Origin: a virus
Reading direction: 5' to 3' (one strand)
Virus record (IMG/VR): IMGVR_UViG_3300020204_000006
DNA length: 64,000 bases
The notes under the pieces are model-generated. The model saw only the letters and a program-made list of their open reading frames with translations. It was not told where the DNA came from and did no database searches. This document shows, one piece after another, positions 36,701-47,800 of the stretch (the stretch's first letter is position 1; the number at the start of each line of letters is the position of its first letter). The translations under genes were made by a program, and so were the position numbers.

Positions 36701-38844
36701 TAAATATTAAAATACTTTCAGCCACAAAGAATGTCACGATTACTGACAGAATAAGCTATCTTTCTAAATATTTGATATCTGGAGTAAGAAGACAAGATGG
36801 AGATTATATATGGAGAATAACTCCAAAGCCAGGGGTTAATTTGACAATATCCGGAGGGACTGAGCTTTTTGATACTTCTTCTAACGGCGGTTTTGCAAAT
36901 GTCGGCAGATGGTTTTTGACATCTAGCTCATCTCCTCCTTCGGTTTTTGTAGATTCTAGTAGTTCTAGCTCATCTAGCAGCAGCAGCGGTTCCAGCAGTA
37001 GCAGTAACTCCAGCAGTAGCAGTCAGTCCAGCAGTAGCAGCGGTTCCAGCAGTAGTAGCGGTTCCAGCAGTAGTAGCGGTTCCAGCAGTAGTAGCGGTTC
37101 CAGCAGTAGTAGCGGTTCCAGCAGTAGTAGCGGTTCCAGCAGTAGTAGCGGTTCCAGCAGTAGTAGCGGTTCCAGCAGTAGTGGCAGTTCCAGCAGTAGT
37201 AGCAGCAGTCGTTCTAGTAGTTCTAGCTCATCTAGTAGCAGCAGTCGTTCCAGTAGTAGCAGTAATTCAAGCAGTAGTAGCAATTCCAGCAGCAGTAGCT
37301 TGTTGAGTAGTTCAAGTTCGACAAGCAGTAGTTCAAGTAGTTCATTGTATATGGAATATGACCCGTATTCCGGACCTCAGCCAAGAATCACGGTGGTGCA
37401 AATTGAATCTAGTGAGCCCTCTTTTGTAAACGAAGAATTTGGAATAAATTATTTTAAGGGTGTTTTTGGTGGAGCTGTTTATGATTCTGTTGAAATTAAT
37501 TTTAGAGATATTGTAAAAGTAATGGCAAAAGCAGATTCTATAAACGGTATTATTAAATTTATTGGAAATACTAAATTTGCCAAATACGACAAATTAACTA
37601 TTTCTCTTTCTAGTGTTTCTCATAATAATTCAGGAGATGTTGATCATATAACTATAGAAGATTCTTTTGAGGGGGTAAATGCGGGATTACCATCTTTATT
37701 GAGTAGGGTTGTTCATTCTAATATAAATTTATCTTCAGCTTTCATAGTATCATCTGAATTTGGTAGTGACTTTGAGGGCTTCCAGTCTTTCATAGTTTCA
37801 AATAATGATCCCAATAAAATAAGTTATGATACCTCTGATTTCAATAAAAAACAACTATTTTCTTCATCTGAATTTAGTGTAAATGAAAACTTTATTAACT
37901 CTATGTTGTTTGATGAAGAGCAAAATTCTGTTCTTCTTGGTGGTAAATTTGGCGTTTACAAATTCTCCTTGGACTCTAAGTATTTGGTGTATGATGTTAG
38001 GTTTATGGGTTCTGTAGACTGCATAAATATATTGCAAACTTCAGTTGAAATAATTGCTGTTTGTTCTGGTGGAATATATGTTTACAGTAAATATAGCAAC
38101 TCAAGTTATGTAATAAGTCTTATGGGTTTTCCGTTTAAGATTTTTGGTGGATTTATAACATCTAAAAATGATCTTGCTGTATTGACTTCTGGTGGAATAT
38201 TTATAAAAAATAAAGATGCCAATCAGATAATTCCTGTCCTACAGGATATAGTTTCTAGTTCAAGTTCTTCTGGTCAGAGTTCTAGCTCTTCTAACTCCTC
38301 AAGTTCTAGTTCTTATAGTAATTTTGTTTCTTTTTACAAAGGCATAGGATATCAAATTAATATGGCTTTTACTGATAAGAATTTGTATTACTCTGGACAA
38401 ATATCTCAATGGGCAAAATCGGAAGGTGTTCTTCCTTCAACTTCAATATCTGACGTTGTAATTTTTGGAAATAATTTATATATATGCACATCTTCTGGTT
38501 TGTATGTTAATAAGCTTTCTGAGATATTTACTCTGAATTTTAAAAAGGTTATTTTAGATGTTAATAACCAAAATTTAAGTATTAATGCATTAGGTGCTTC
38601 TTATTCATTTAATGATGAAGGTGCAAGGGTGGATCAATTAATGCTTGCTGGAGACGAAAAAGGGAAAATATACTCAATTGTTATAAATAATGATGAGCAG
38701 GTAACAAGTACTGTTCAAACAGAGTTTTCAGTTATTCATAAGGTATTAAGAGTGGAAGATGACTGGATTTTATCATCGTATAATCAATTTAAACTACTTA
38801 GTAACGATAAGATATATACCTTGTCTCTTGGGGTAGATGTTTAA
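30778..38844 (+). CDS. ORF9: 2,688-aa modular protein: inactive trypsin-like domain, RCC1 propeller with insertions, two glycosidase-like TIM-barrel domains, 130-aa poly-Ser linker, C-terminal beta-propeller
   Basis: LISNQHVVYSS / VGLLD / GDASS protease-fold motifs; RCC1 units (FKQVDGGYHHSIALREDGTVVCWGENNDGECDVP); DFVSIDNE and YYEMIRHAVLNGA motifs; NLYICTSSGLYV-type blades. Confidence 0.9.
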   Translation: MSVLCRPDGSISFSVSESLLNTSLTQGDIIIFNNRPEGLEFIKEYDCDGFLESNFLNLLSSINISAIIKEIHFDSNHLEVIFISGLEKVSSLLGINNLSFFCPRLNHVYYLSSTLKETCFLSSRNNIWEKRSIYGSPISPNFKVGSGKYNFDNCNFYSFGFESHENQSKSHNNKYVLISNQHVVYSSLDPISFLDGNLFKDQFTCEYDEIYSNSKRENILKKGIYFGQFVFPFEEYSDSNIRSFLNHIKKYQPSLYQNVYDNNTTLSDRIDFFKKLFAPKIVKFYSPKLKRYITRKIVMSLPAENYYREKYGIDHGISGVCVGLLDNPISIYETGIKPVAFHSEESSYLNFSENREVFYFDNHLRLSFAVPSNNFGVFKTKNDMSLMKSKYVDMYDEFGSSYFGELDIGNIVMCKGKSQSIIIGLCNGIENFQGIKGVKSNEICVNFGSDVKVKEFFGNAFKVPNRADPFILYGKSSYGDASSKFDFYRESYLECKNYNIFNQEYMYNFLSDFDYWKINSISEIWDRAFDIPNVHMETDVMEYSTGSRSPVTQRSSSVDTASDENYASISHGYSNVIFYTTRDGTVKYIAGYNANPALPESERNVIGAGIRNITPFSSPYGSFLAGQGGVDLTPPSDLPKCKQVVTGYRNAHALTVNDSIVSWDGTPHQQWKKTSEVFMQQLRYYQQPGRRLEGVKIKKISPGAGFVAVLLTNGEVITYGANESAQMSDVDTVLTPIGIIPLPVRGDNFYIKRWKAYKTWKYGENLSTYLDPLSSPNSCVTQQEIDEEANDDFPDTDSGTNSNWRLYRSAALGCEQHEGSGAIADSPYINGSNIYPPPPVSWSGFLDWSKFTGAPNDYQFSRSTTGDVSSVNFSFGASWTRNSDRIPMTVVYPCTTDPDGECSYISNGYQRPQGHPLESDRPPNSLFGFSGNRYRDVACSRTSIILMTENGNLESWGMNFYYNVTGSGRQFGAFRRMGSGIPGGNSNDAGWSTPGHPRPFPDAPWGDNSAVEVKRLKTTPESLLGIGTGYYISIVIRRDGSIFAWDRNEWGESLPRSNSDGTPGLPSGIFKQVDGGYHHSIALREDGTVVCWGENNDGECDVPSILKNPITSKCVWVCALSRMSFALRDNGDLIGWGNTDEAAMGFKGFTSGSVFNPGEPILLTFADSSSSSSSSSSSSSVSSSSSSSSDLAEGYIVTSSLPGRDATLAELNIIIPSLVQNNIKYSHTLYGSDVDSSSWLGSDPLCCDVNLTIFGQKVQEHISSWSSINTEYNFYYGNPEYVVLNMLHTLGVPVELQEILPIEEDITSGRGLRAFNMLTGLLDTTKSVLPQSSVSQYSYPFLPYFFLPRPDGGDACTWSSRWAGLSLEDYENEKDRLLNLLKNKVASFAPHTDIITTAHYATYSERRAVFFPGIEASTFEWVLNNCRSIIEASQGKPVNVYVSPVIFPGSEYTLESVRQSNFTLPLSQLKSNIEALPKLVVSTPYMERVIFKPMRQAGVKRMHMWMEWRYTHNIARLLPSGSSTFGITDADIYLSRKMINDLFIDQNFRSPIDLSDDSLWNSPSTREEVIRSALSKDIEMANSFRSDGVDGNENAVWAYCWNAPDSTDVNKFERVKPMIWVSGGQRYDIDPRPTIGELSVVVSRLNQLPPGKRTLGLMRYNSSAIWNNPSDFLLGQFKSPWPDNELENMKNDWQSILGDLKSLNAPIDFVSIDNEGKFSAGPAWYDPANSTNLSWIEAIKNDLRYNQSWKGFSSLSSKISPFNIDQIFTFGSTDDYIGYWRGLGHLGAAALNYAIWDPLTAIYPNVGGSNYQGNFVLYGDSFPDTNGHEFAYDNIFGTSSSPALYGSWKNTPPPSGPGSRVISPSDPTHIIRWNGSDPQTPSSPWFAFLIDIQAVRACKRSNEQLQDEPDIEPWIASVSWSGDTAYNYEYKNNKSYYYEMIRHAVLNGAQRFAVWNPFESSSTNSGFLDDVLRDINIKILSATKNVTITDRISYLSKYLISGVRRQDGDYIWRITPKPGVNLTISGGTELFDTSSNGGFANVGRWFLTSSSSPPSVFVDSSSSSSSSSSSGSSSSSNSSSSSQSSSSSGSSSSSGSSSSSGSSSSSGSSSSSGSSSSSGSSSSSGSSSSSGSSSSGSSSSSSSSRSSSSSSSSSSSRSSSSSNSSSSSNSSSSSLLSSSSSTSSSSSSSLYMEYDPYSGPQPRITVVQIESSEPSFVNEEFGINYFKGVFGGAVYDSVEINFRDIVKVMAKADSINGIIKFIGNTKFAKYDKLTISLSSVSHNNSGDVDHITIEDSFEGVNAGLPSLLSRVVHSNINLSSAFIVSSEFGSDFEGFQSFIVSNNDPNKISYDTSDFNKKQLFSSSEFSVNENFINSMLFDEEQNSVLLGGKFGVYKFSLDSKYLVYDVRFMGSVDCINILQTSVEIIAVCSGGIYVYSKYSNSSYVISLMGFPFKIFGGFITSKNDLAVLTSGGIFIKNKDANQIIPVLQDIVSSSSSSGQSSSSSNSSSSSSYSNFVSFYKGIGYQINMAFTDKNLYYSGQISQWAKSEGVLPSTSISDVVIFGNNLYICTSSGLYVNKLSEIFTLNFKKVILDVNNQNLSINALGASYSFNDEGARVDQLMLAGDEKGKIYSIVINNDEQVTSTVQTEFSVIHKVLRVEDDWILSSYNQFKLLSNDKIYTLSLGVDV
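36955..37344 (+). repeat. Poly-Ser linker array (130 aa) in ORF9 with seven perfect GGTTCCAGCAGTAGTAGC units (37042-37167)
   Basis: Direct reading of the sequence. Confidence 0.97.
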
Positions 38845-41800
38845 TGGCACTTACAATAAATAATAATCCCTCAAAGTACGATCTGTGGACATATGAAGGT
38901 TCTGGAAGAATTCCCATAGGTCCAAATTACAATAATATTTTTATATTAAATGGTATTCAAAATATATTTTGTGTATCTGCTAATTCAAGGTCAACTGCAT
39001 CTGTTCCCAATGGTCCTCCTGCATCTTTTAATTGCAACGGGTCTTTAGTTAATTCTTCTGGTTCAATAAACGGTCCTTTTGTAATTGCTATATCTCCTCA
39101 TTGCGCTGTAGGTTCTTTAAAGAATTTCATAAGTGCTGGTCAGCCAATAAAGTTCTGGTACAAGCACGCAAATGGCGGATCTGGTGGTTTTATTACTAGG
39201 ACAGCTTCCAACATAAGATTTTCTTCTAGTCCATCAAGGCCATATGAATGGGTTGCTGGCGGCTACTATGAAGGCACATCAAGTTTGTATTCTGGTTCTT
39301 TTAGTGATGTTTTGGTTTACTTTTTTGATGAGCCATTGCCAGTTGATGCTGATTTTGCGGTGTTGCCCATATTTAATGACTATAAAATGTGGAGAAAAAA
39401 CTCTGGAGTCTTCCCATACAATCCTGGTGTTATAGTTGATCATGATTCAAGAATGGTTCCTGGATCTGTTTTTATGAATTTCACTGAGATTTATGATTCT
39501 GATCAAATCGGTGGCGTTACTCCTGGTGCATCAGATGTAAGAATAACTGGAATAGACGGGTACTTTCTTTCAGATTTAAATTCAATATCAGATAAAAAGT
39601 ATAAAGAAAATTACTTAAAATATTTAGATGAAGACGCTTCTTATTATGACAACATATTTAGAATTATAAAAGGTGGTGCTACGGATTCAACTTCTCCAAT
39701 ATTTGAAGTTGATTTTGAAAGCAACTGTTTAGTCCTTTATTCCTTGTCTACTATTTTAACTAATAATAGAAATCCGAGTTGGATTAAATCTCAAAATAAT
39801 TACGATTGTCTTTGTGGTATTAGGAAGGGTAATCTGGTATCAGTAAATATGTTTGGTTTGGATTATTTTGACAGATCAGAAAATCCATACATAAGACTTG
39901 GAAAAAACTTTTTCAATACTTCAAGACTTGAGGGTGATCCTTTTATTCCAGGAGAGCCTAATGTAATACCTTCAGATCTTTATAAAATACCCGTAAAAAG
40001 CATAGACTCTGAATATATAAATAAATTTTATTTGGGCTTTGATGTTTTAGATTATAATCAAGAGTCTAGATTTTCAAAAGCTTACTCTCTTGGATACTCT
40101 CATTATTTCTATCTTGATAATTACTTTGATTCTTCTGATCCTTTTGATGGACCATTCATACCTAATGGCCCTGGCGTGCCATTCCAATTAAGGAACAGTT
40201 TTAATGTTTCTGGTACAATAAATTATTTTTCTCAAAAGTATCCAAGCACTTGGGACCAAAATTCTAGCAAAAATTTAGTTATTGGGATATATGGATATTC
40301 AGGATCTGGATCTTATGGTTCTTTTACTGTTGTCTCTGATTTCAAAAATGCAATAAATCAAGATAGTTTTAGTGGATTTGATTTAGTAATAGGATCGGCA
40401 TCTTTTAAAGAAGCAAAAAGTAAAATAATAAAGTATATTTCTGACATTAAAGCTGCGTTGCCAAATATGAAAATAGGCTGGTGTGACTTGGTAGGTTATT
40501 CAAATTGGTACCCACCTTATGTCTATGGAGATTTACCAGAAAGTGAAAAATCTTGGTTAAGTGTAAATGATTCACAAAAAAGTCTTATATTTAATTGTTG
40601 GGATAAAATATGGGAAGGTGTGATAGAAAAGTTAGATTTTATATCTTTTTCTTTTAATGATAATGTAAATAGAAATAGTAACGCTGGTTCAGATCCAGCT
40701 TTATGGCATGAGGTAAATAGAAAGAGAGCAGAAATAGCAATAGAGTATGTAAAAAGATATTGTTATAGAAAAAACATACGTTGTCCCAAAATTTTACCGT
40801 GTATATCTTCATGTACTGGAGAAAACATATTTGAGAATTGCGGTACATCTAATCTTTTTAGTCACGCAAACAGGCCTATTTCTGATGTTGAATTTATAGA
40901 GAGAGTTGTTTCCCCTTGTGTTGATTACGGAGTGGATGGTTTTATTTTAAAGAATAATTCTATATTTGAAGAATATTACGATGGATGGATAAATCCAAAT
41001 ATTAATATTAATTCAAGAAGAAAATTGTCATATAATTACATATGCAATTCTGCTTCTTCTATTGATTTATCAGATTGTTCTTATTATAATATAATAAATA
41101 ATTATTCCCTCTGTAGTGCATCTCAAAATGCACAAAATGTTATAAACTCAATATTTTCATATGTTGAAAACAAGATGTCTGTTCTTTCTAGGTATCTTGT
41201 TGATTTTGAGGCATTTGGTTCTGGCTCCTCATCTCTTAAAAATTTTAGTTTAATAACTGAAATTGGCATGAACCCCTGGGACACTAGTGCAGAACAGTTA
41301 GAAAAGTATTCATTGCTTAATTATGATCTTTTTAATTCTACCCCTAGTGTTGATTCTCATATGAATTACACTTCAAGCGTTCTAGCTGATAGTTTTATTG
41401 AAAATCCTATTTATTCAAATGGTGTTGATTGGGATCCTGACAATACAAATATATCTATATATTCTTATGATTCTACTTATTCTGCCGGTAATTTAGTTAA
41501 ATTTTTTGATACAAAAACTTATAGATGGTGTGTTTTCCAGGCAACACAGAGCGTTTCTGTTGGTGATTATCCTGGAAGAAGTAATTATTTTTCAACAGAC
41601 GGATCTGGCAATCGAGAATATTATAGATCAAATATAAATATAAGATGGAAATGTGCAGATATAAATTTCTTATACTCTCACTATTCTTTGGTGCCAAGCA
41701 TAAATAAGTACTATGAAAATAACAAATTAAGTCTTGTTAAAGGTCGCAGTAAATATAAGGCTTATGATCTAGAGGTTCCGTGGACATTTTTACCTGTCCA

Positions 41801-44800
41801 TGAAGCAAATTATCTTTTATATTACGATCAGGGTGTTTACGGGCTTAGAAACGGGTATGAAGATTTTAATTTTGACGGAGGATTTGTCAATTTAACTTCA
41901 TCTGGTTTTGGATATTCTCATGAATTAGGTGCTGATTTATTTAAGAATTTCTATTTCTCTTCTGTTAGCTCTTTATTTGATTCAAATAAAGGCATTATAT
42001 CTGATTTTATATTTTGGTATAAAAATATATCAGAGGATAAACATAAAAAATCATTTACTGATAATTTTATTTATGATTTAATCTTTTCTTATGATTTTAA
42101 TAGTGCATCTTATGATGAATTTGATAAGCCACAGATTGTATCAAATCTTGGTATATCTGAAAACGTAACAAGATACCAAATATTTGAATATCAAAAATAT
42201 ATTGTTCCCAAAATAGAAAGAATAATAAAAGAAAAATCACATGGAAAATATGTGATGAATTCTGGTGATTTTAGATTTGACTGTGGTTTAATAACAACAG
42301 AAAACACTGGCTCTAGAGATGATAATGGTTCTCAAGAATTTATGGTGAATTCTTTGAGGCAACTTACAGAAAGCACTCCTCATGTAAGTTCTTGGGACTC
42401 TTTTGGAAGAAATATTTCATCAATTGGTTCTACAGAATATTACGAGCCAATATTTTTACCTCAATTTTGGTTCGGCAAAAAAGATGGACTATATGATGTT
42501 GTTTTTGAAAGAACAAGAGATATAAGCATATTTAGTTCAAATTATTCTCTTAATAGGTTTGTAAATGATTCTTTACAGATGTATTCTTCTGACGCAAGTA
42601 TTATTACTTTTAAGGTTTTAGGTAAGGATGAAAATAGTGTTAGTCTTATCTCGGAAAAAGATCAGTATGGTTTTATCTTTGGTCTTGGTGTAAAATCAAT
42701 TTCTCTTATTATAGAATCTTACGAGGAGCAGGGTAGTCCAGTTAAAAGCCGCGATGGAGATGGAGAAGAATATGGACCACCAAGTTTTTCACCAGCAATT
42801 GAAAAATATTGGATATGTAATCTTTCAATTGAAATGAATTCCCAAGACTCTCAAAATGATTTTGAGAGAAAATTTGGTAAAATATTTTTTAATAAATTGA
42901 TGGGCAATCTTCATTCAGATGGACTAAAATTCTTCACAAGATGGAAAATAAATAAAAAAGGCGTAGTGTATCCATCTACTTTTCCTGTTAAGTCATTTAA
43001 TCCGTCGTCTTTGTATCACCTTTTAGAGCAAGACGATATTTCTATATTTGATGTAAACAGTAGATATAACGCAAGTATAAGTTTGTGGTCAAACTCTGAA
43101 ATTATGTTTGCGACTAACAGTTATACTTATTCTGCAAAATCTCTTTCCTCTCTTCCTCCGCTGTCTGGTGGAAGTGGTTACTATCCTGTATATAAAAACG
43201 GTCAGGAATTATATCAATTTAATTCAGACCATTCTGGTATAGAATTTATTTCAAATGCTTTAGACTCAAAGCATTACGAAGAACTTAAAAATCATTTTAG
43301 TATATTTGATTCAGAAAATAAAAATACTTTGATGGTTCGTTCTTATTACGGTCTTTTGCCCTTATGGATGTCTAAATATGGTCTTGACGATCCTCAGTTT
43401 AGATATAATACTAGATATAGTGACAAAAGTTTAGAGCTTTCTAGCAAGAACTCTCGTGAATATACTGGTTTTTTGATACATAGTAATTATGGTCGTGGAA
43501 CATCAGCTGCTCAAACTCCATACGAAAGTTATGAAGAATCCGTAGCCAGTCTGATGAAGGTTGCAAAAAATCTTAGTCCCAATAAAGTAATTGTACCATT
43601 TGTTTGTCCAAAAAGCATTGGACAGCACTATTTTATTTCTTGTCTATATCATCCAAAGGAATTTTGTTATTATCTGGTTAGGCCATGGTTTATAGGTAAT
43701 TACCGTGCAGACGCAGTTCACGTTTGGGATTCATATGTATATTATGTAAATTCTTGTTTTTACGATCTTTCTAATTACTCAGAGCCAGCTGGTTTTAGAA
43801 CTGGTATTGAAATGGCTATTTTTAATGGCAACATGCTTTCAATCGATGATGCATGGAATATAAATAACTCCTCATCTTTTGATTGGAACTCGGTTGAAAA
43901 AGGTGGAATGCTTTGGGATAATTACGGCGAAAAGGCTATGATTAATTTGGAATATACTTCTTTAAATGGAAATGATTCCTATTATGAAAAACCAAAAATA
44001 GTCATATTCATTAAAGAAGTAGTGTCGCTTTATTTAAAAGATCTTTACTCTGAGCTAAACAAGCTGCTTCAAAATCCTGAAATTTACGAAAGGCCATCTG
44101 ATAAGTCCATAGGTTATGATGTTCTCTCTTTCTTGAATGGGCTTCTTGTGTCTTGTCAAAATGAACTTAAAGTTGAAATAGTTGGTGGTGGATCTTACTC
44201 ATCTGAAAACTGGGTTGGTTATAAAATAGAATGGTACAAGTCGAAATCATACGTTGATAATCCATATGGTTTTGAGCTTATATACACGGAATCTGGTGCT
44301 GGATTTATTCAATATATATATGCTCCCAGGGCATTAACAGATCTTCTTGCCAATGGAGACGTAATAAAGGCAAAGTTGCATGTTAATACTGGCTACGGTT
44401 TAAATTCTTCATCTACATATGAATGCTCACTATATTTTGATTCCAAAGTTAATAACATAGGAAATTATTTTATACCTAGTTCTGTCGTTAACACAAGAGA
44501 AAAGAACATTTTAAAAATCGTAAATTCAGAACAAATAGCAATGCTTGTTGATCCCCCAAGCAGCTCAAGCAGTTCAAGTGGTTCATTTAACAATTCTTCT
44601 AGTTCTAGTTCTATTTCTTTATCTTCATCTTCTTCTAGCTTAAGTTCAAGTTCAAGTTCAAGTTCAAGTTCTTTGCTTTATATTCCTGGTGGTGATTTGC
44701 CAGAACCTTCTTCTTCTTTAGATTATGAGGTTTGGGCTGCGCATTTTACTGGAAACATGTTTGATGCAAATAATCCAGAATACGGAAGATTTGGTCATCC

Positions 44801-47800
44801 AAATTACAAGTTACTTTCCATAGTTCCTGGAATAAGTATTTTTGGAACCAATTATAATGGCCATAGAATGCCATCAGATACTAATTCTGCCTCCATAACA
44901 AGCGCTAATTTTCAACAATTTAAAAATGAAATAACCTCCGTACCATCAGGAAGAAGGGTGATGATTCCTTATTATTGGTTCCCTGATATTGGTTGCTATA
45001 CAAAACTGCACGATCAATATTATAGAAATACTTCCGATGGTGTAGTTTATGATGACGGCACAAGACAAGACAGAATATTAACTTGCTGGCTTGATAATAA
45101 TTCAAATGATTGCGCTGATTCTTTTAGGTCATTTTTACAAAGATGCATCAATGATGGATTTAATTTTGATTACATAATGAATGATCAGGAAACTCAAGAC
45201 AACTATTGGATAGATGGCAGAAACTCGTATCCAAATTGGCTTGATGATACAGATGGAGATGGATATAGAAACGATCCATCCCCGGGGATTGACAGCGCTG
45301 GATTTATGCACGATGCAAGACGTGTTTCGGCAATCATGTCTGATTCAAGATTTACCAGCTATGTCAATCCGTATACTGGTAAAACTTTTGCTCAAGAATT
45401 TATGGAAAATTACCAGGCTCTTAGAGTAAGGTCTGGATTATCTGAGGATTCAAGATCGTGGCAGGAAATTTTGGCTCCATTTGCTAACGCAAATTCCCCA
45501 ATGCATTTTAGGCCTTCTAGTTTCTATTGGCAAGCCTATGGCTGTTCCAATGGGTGCTCTCCTGACGGAATAACAATTAACGGTCTTGTTCATCCAGAGG
45601 GGTACAATCTTTTTTTCCATGCCTTGCCTGCTTGGCGTGCCGCCGCTGACTCTTGGCATTTTAATGTGTATTGGAAGAGATTTAGAGACGTGCTTGGTGA
45701 GTTTGCTGAGTTTTCAAATACAATTCACATGGAATATACTGCCTCTGCAATAAATTCTGAAGAAGCAAAATTTTTCCAACAAAGTAACCTCGAAATAAGT
45801 ATGCAGCCAGCTTTGGCTGATTCATGGACTGGTTCGAGCAGATACTATGCTGGATTTTTTAATATCATATTCCCTAATTGGGCTTTGCCTCCTGACGGAG
45901 AATATAATAATGCGAAAGAATATTGCAGCGGTTATGTTTTAACTCCGCAAAATGAAGATGAGTTGTTTAACTGGTGTGGATATTTAGTTCTGGATTACAA
46001 GGGGCCGTCTGGTGAATCTAATTTAATAAGGTATCCTGAAACTGATGTTTCTCCAAATGCCACCGGTTTTGATCAGTCTCTAGTTAAGAGATGGTATACT
46101 GAATACTGCTTTAAACATTTAGTTAATATTATAAAACTTGAAAGGGTGCATTTAAGAAGCGATCCCAATCATTGGGAAAAGTTTGTTCCCTGGATAGGAT
46201 ATCAGGGATATTTTCAGGCTCGTTGGTATAATGGCGATGTTGCGTATTATCATGAAATGATAAGACACACCATATTAAATGGCGCTAGGATTTTCCAAAT
46301 ATTTGAAAGCAATTATATACCAGATTCTTGCAGAATAATACATAAAATCCTTGACGAATGGAGATCTATAAGTGGAAATTCAAGAGCACAGCCATGTTCT
46401 AATGCATTTGGAGACGCATCTCAGCCTGTAGACAGGATGGTTCTTAAAGATGTATTTGAAAACGTATTAATAAGTGGAGGGAGACTTGTTGAACATCCAG
46501 ATTGGTATATTTGGAGAATATCTGTTGCTCCAAAGCACTTTAATTCTGATGGAATTTGTATTTTAAGAAAGCAGATTCAGGACCAGGATCTACCAGATAC
46601 AATTATTATAGATTCAAATACTTCAAGAAATAATGATGACTCGTCTAGAAGAGGAGTATGGGTTCAAAGAAATGTGCCTGGTATGCCTATTTATTCTGTT
46701 GCAACTTTTAGCTCTAGTTCATCCAGTAGTTCTAGCTCATCTAGTAGTAGCAGCGTATCTAGCTCCAGTTCGAGTAATTCAAGTAGTAGCAGTGTTTCAA
46801 GTAGCAGCAGTGTTTCTAGCAGTTCGATCAGTAGCAGTAGCAGTGAATCTAGTAGTAGCAGTGAATCTAGTAGTTCCAGCAATTCCAGCAGTAGCAGCAA
46901 TTCCAGCAGTAGCAGTGGTTCCAGCAGTAGCAGCGATTCCAGCAGTAGTAGCGATTCCAGCAGTAGCAGCAATTCCAGCAGTAGCAGCCAGTCCAGCAGT
47001 AGTAGCCAGTCCAGCAGTAGCAGCCAGTCCAGCAGTAGTAGTCAGTCCAGTAGTAGCAGTGGTTCCAGTAGTAGCAGCGGTTCCAGTAGTAGTAGCGATT
47101 CCAGCAGTAGCAGCAATTCCAGCAGTAGCAGTGGTTCCAGCAGTAGCAGCCAGTCCAGCAGTAGCAGCCAGTCCAGCAGTAGCAGTGATTCCAGTAGTAG
47201 CAGCGGTTCCAGCAGTAGCAGCCAGTCCAGCAGTAGCAGCGATTCCAGCAGTAGCAGCAATTCCAGCAGTAGCAGTAGCAGTGGTTCCAGCAGTAGCAGC
47301 CATTCCAGCAGTAGCAGTGGTTCCAGTAGTAGCAACTCTAGTAGTAGCAGTAGTTCTTGCTCTGCTCCTAATTGGCCAGATTTTGTGGCATATTCTTTCT
47401 CAAATATATTTCCTAATGCTCCTTCTGTCCAAGTTTGTTACGCTGATAATTACACCATATCCTACTCAACATCTGCTCAATATATTCTTCAGTATAGGGT
47501 TACAGGTTCACCTGTTCAGGAATGGACTGACCATATAGATAATCCTGGTAGTTATACTGATGTTCTTAGTACTCAAAGTATAAATGTTTCTAATCCTTTT
47601 GAATATCTAACTTTTGCATTAAGATCTACGTCTCCTGTCACTTCATCTACCTCTTTTGTAGTGCAGGTATCTATTTTAGATCCCGTAGAAATGACTGTTG
47701 AAGTTGTTGATTCTTTTACTGTTACTGTAGACAATTCTGGTAGTTCTTCATCTTCAAGTTCTTTATCCAGCAGTAGCAGCCAGTCCAGTAGTTCTAGCAA

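Noticed and set aside
37042-37167. Regular 18-nt direct repeats resembling a CRISPR array
   Set aside because: No unique spacers, in-frame coding, and no cas genes.
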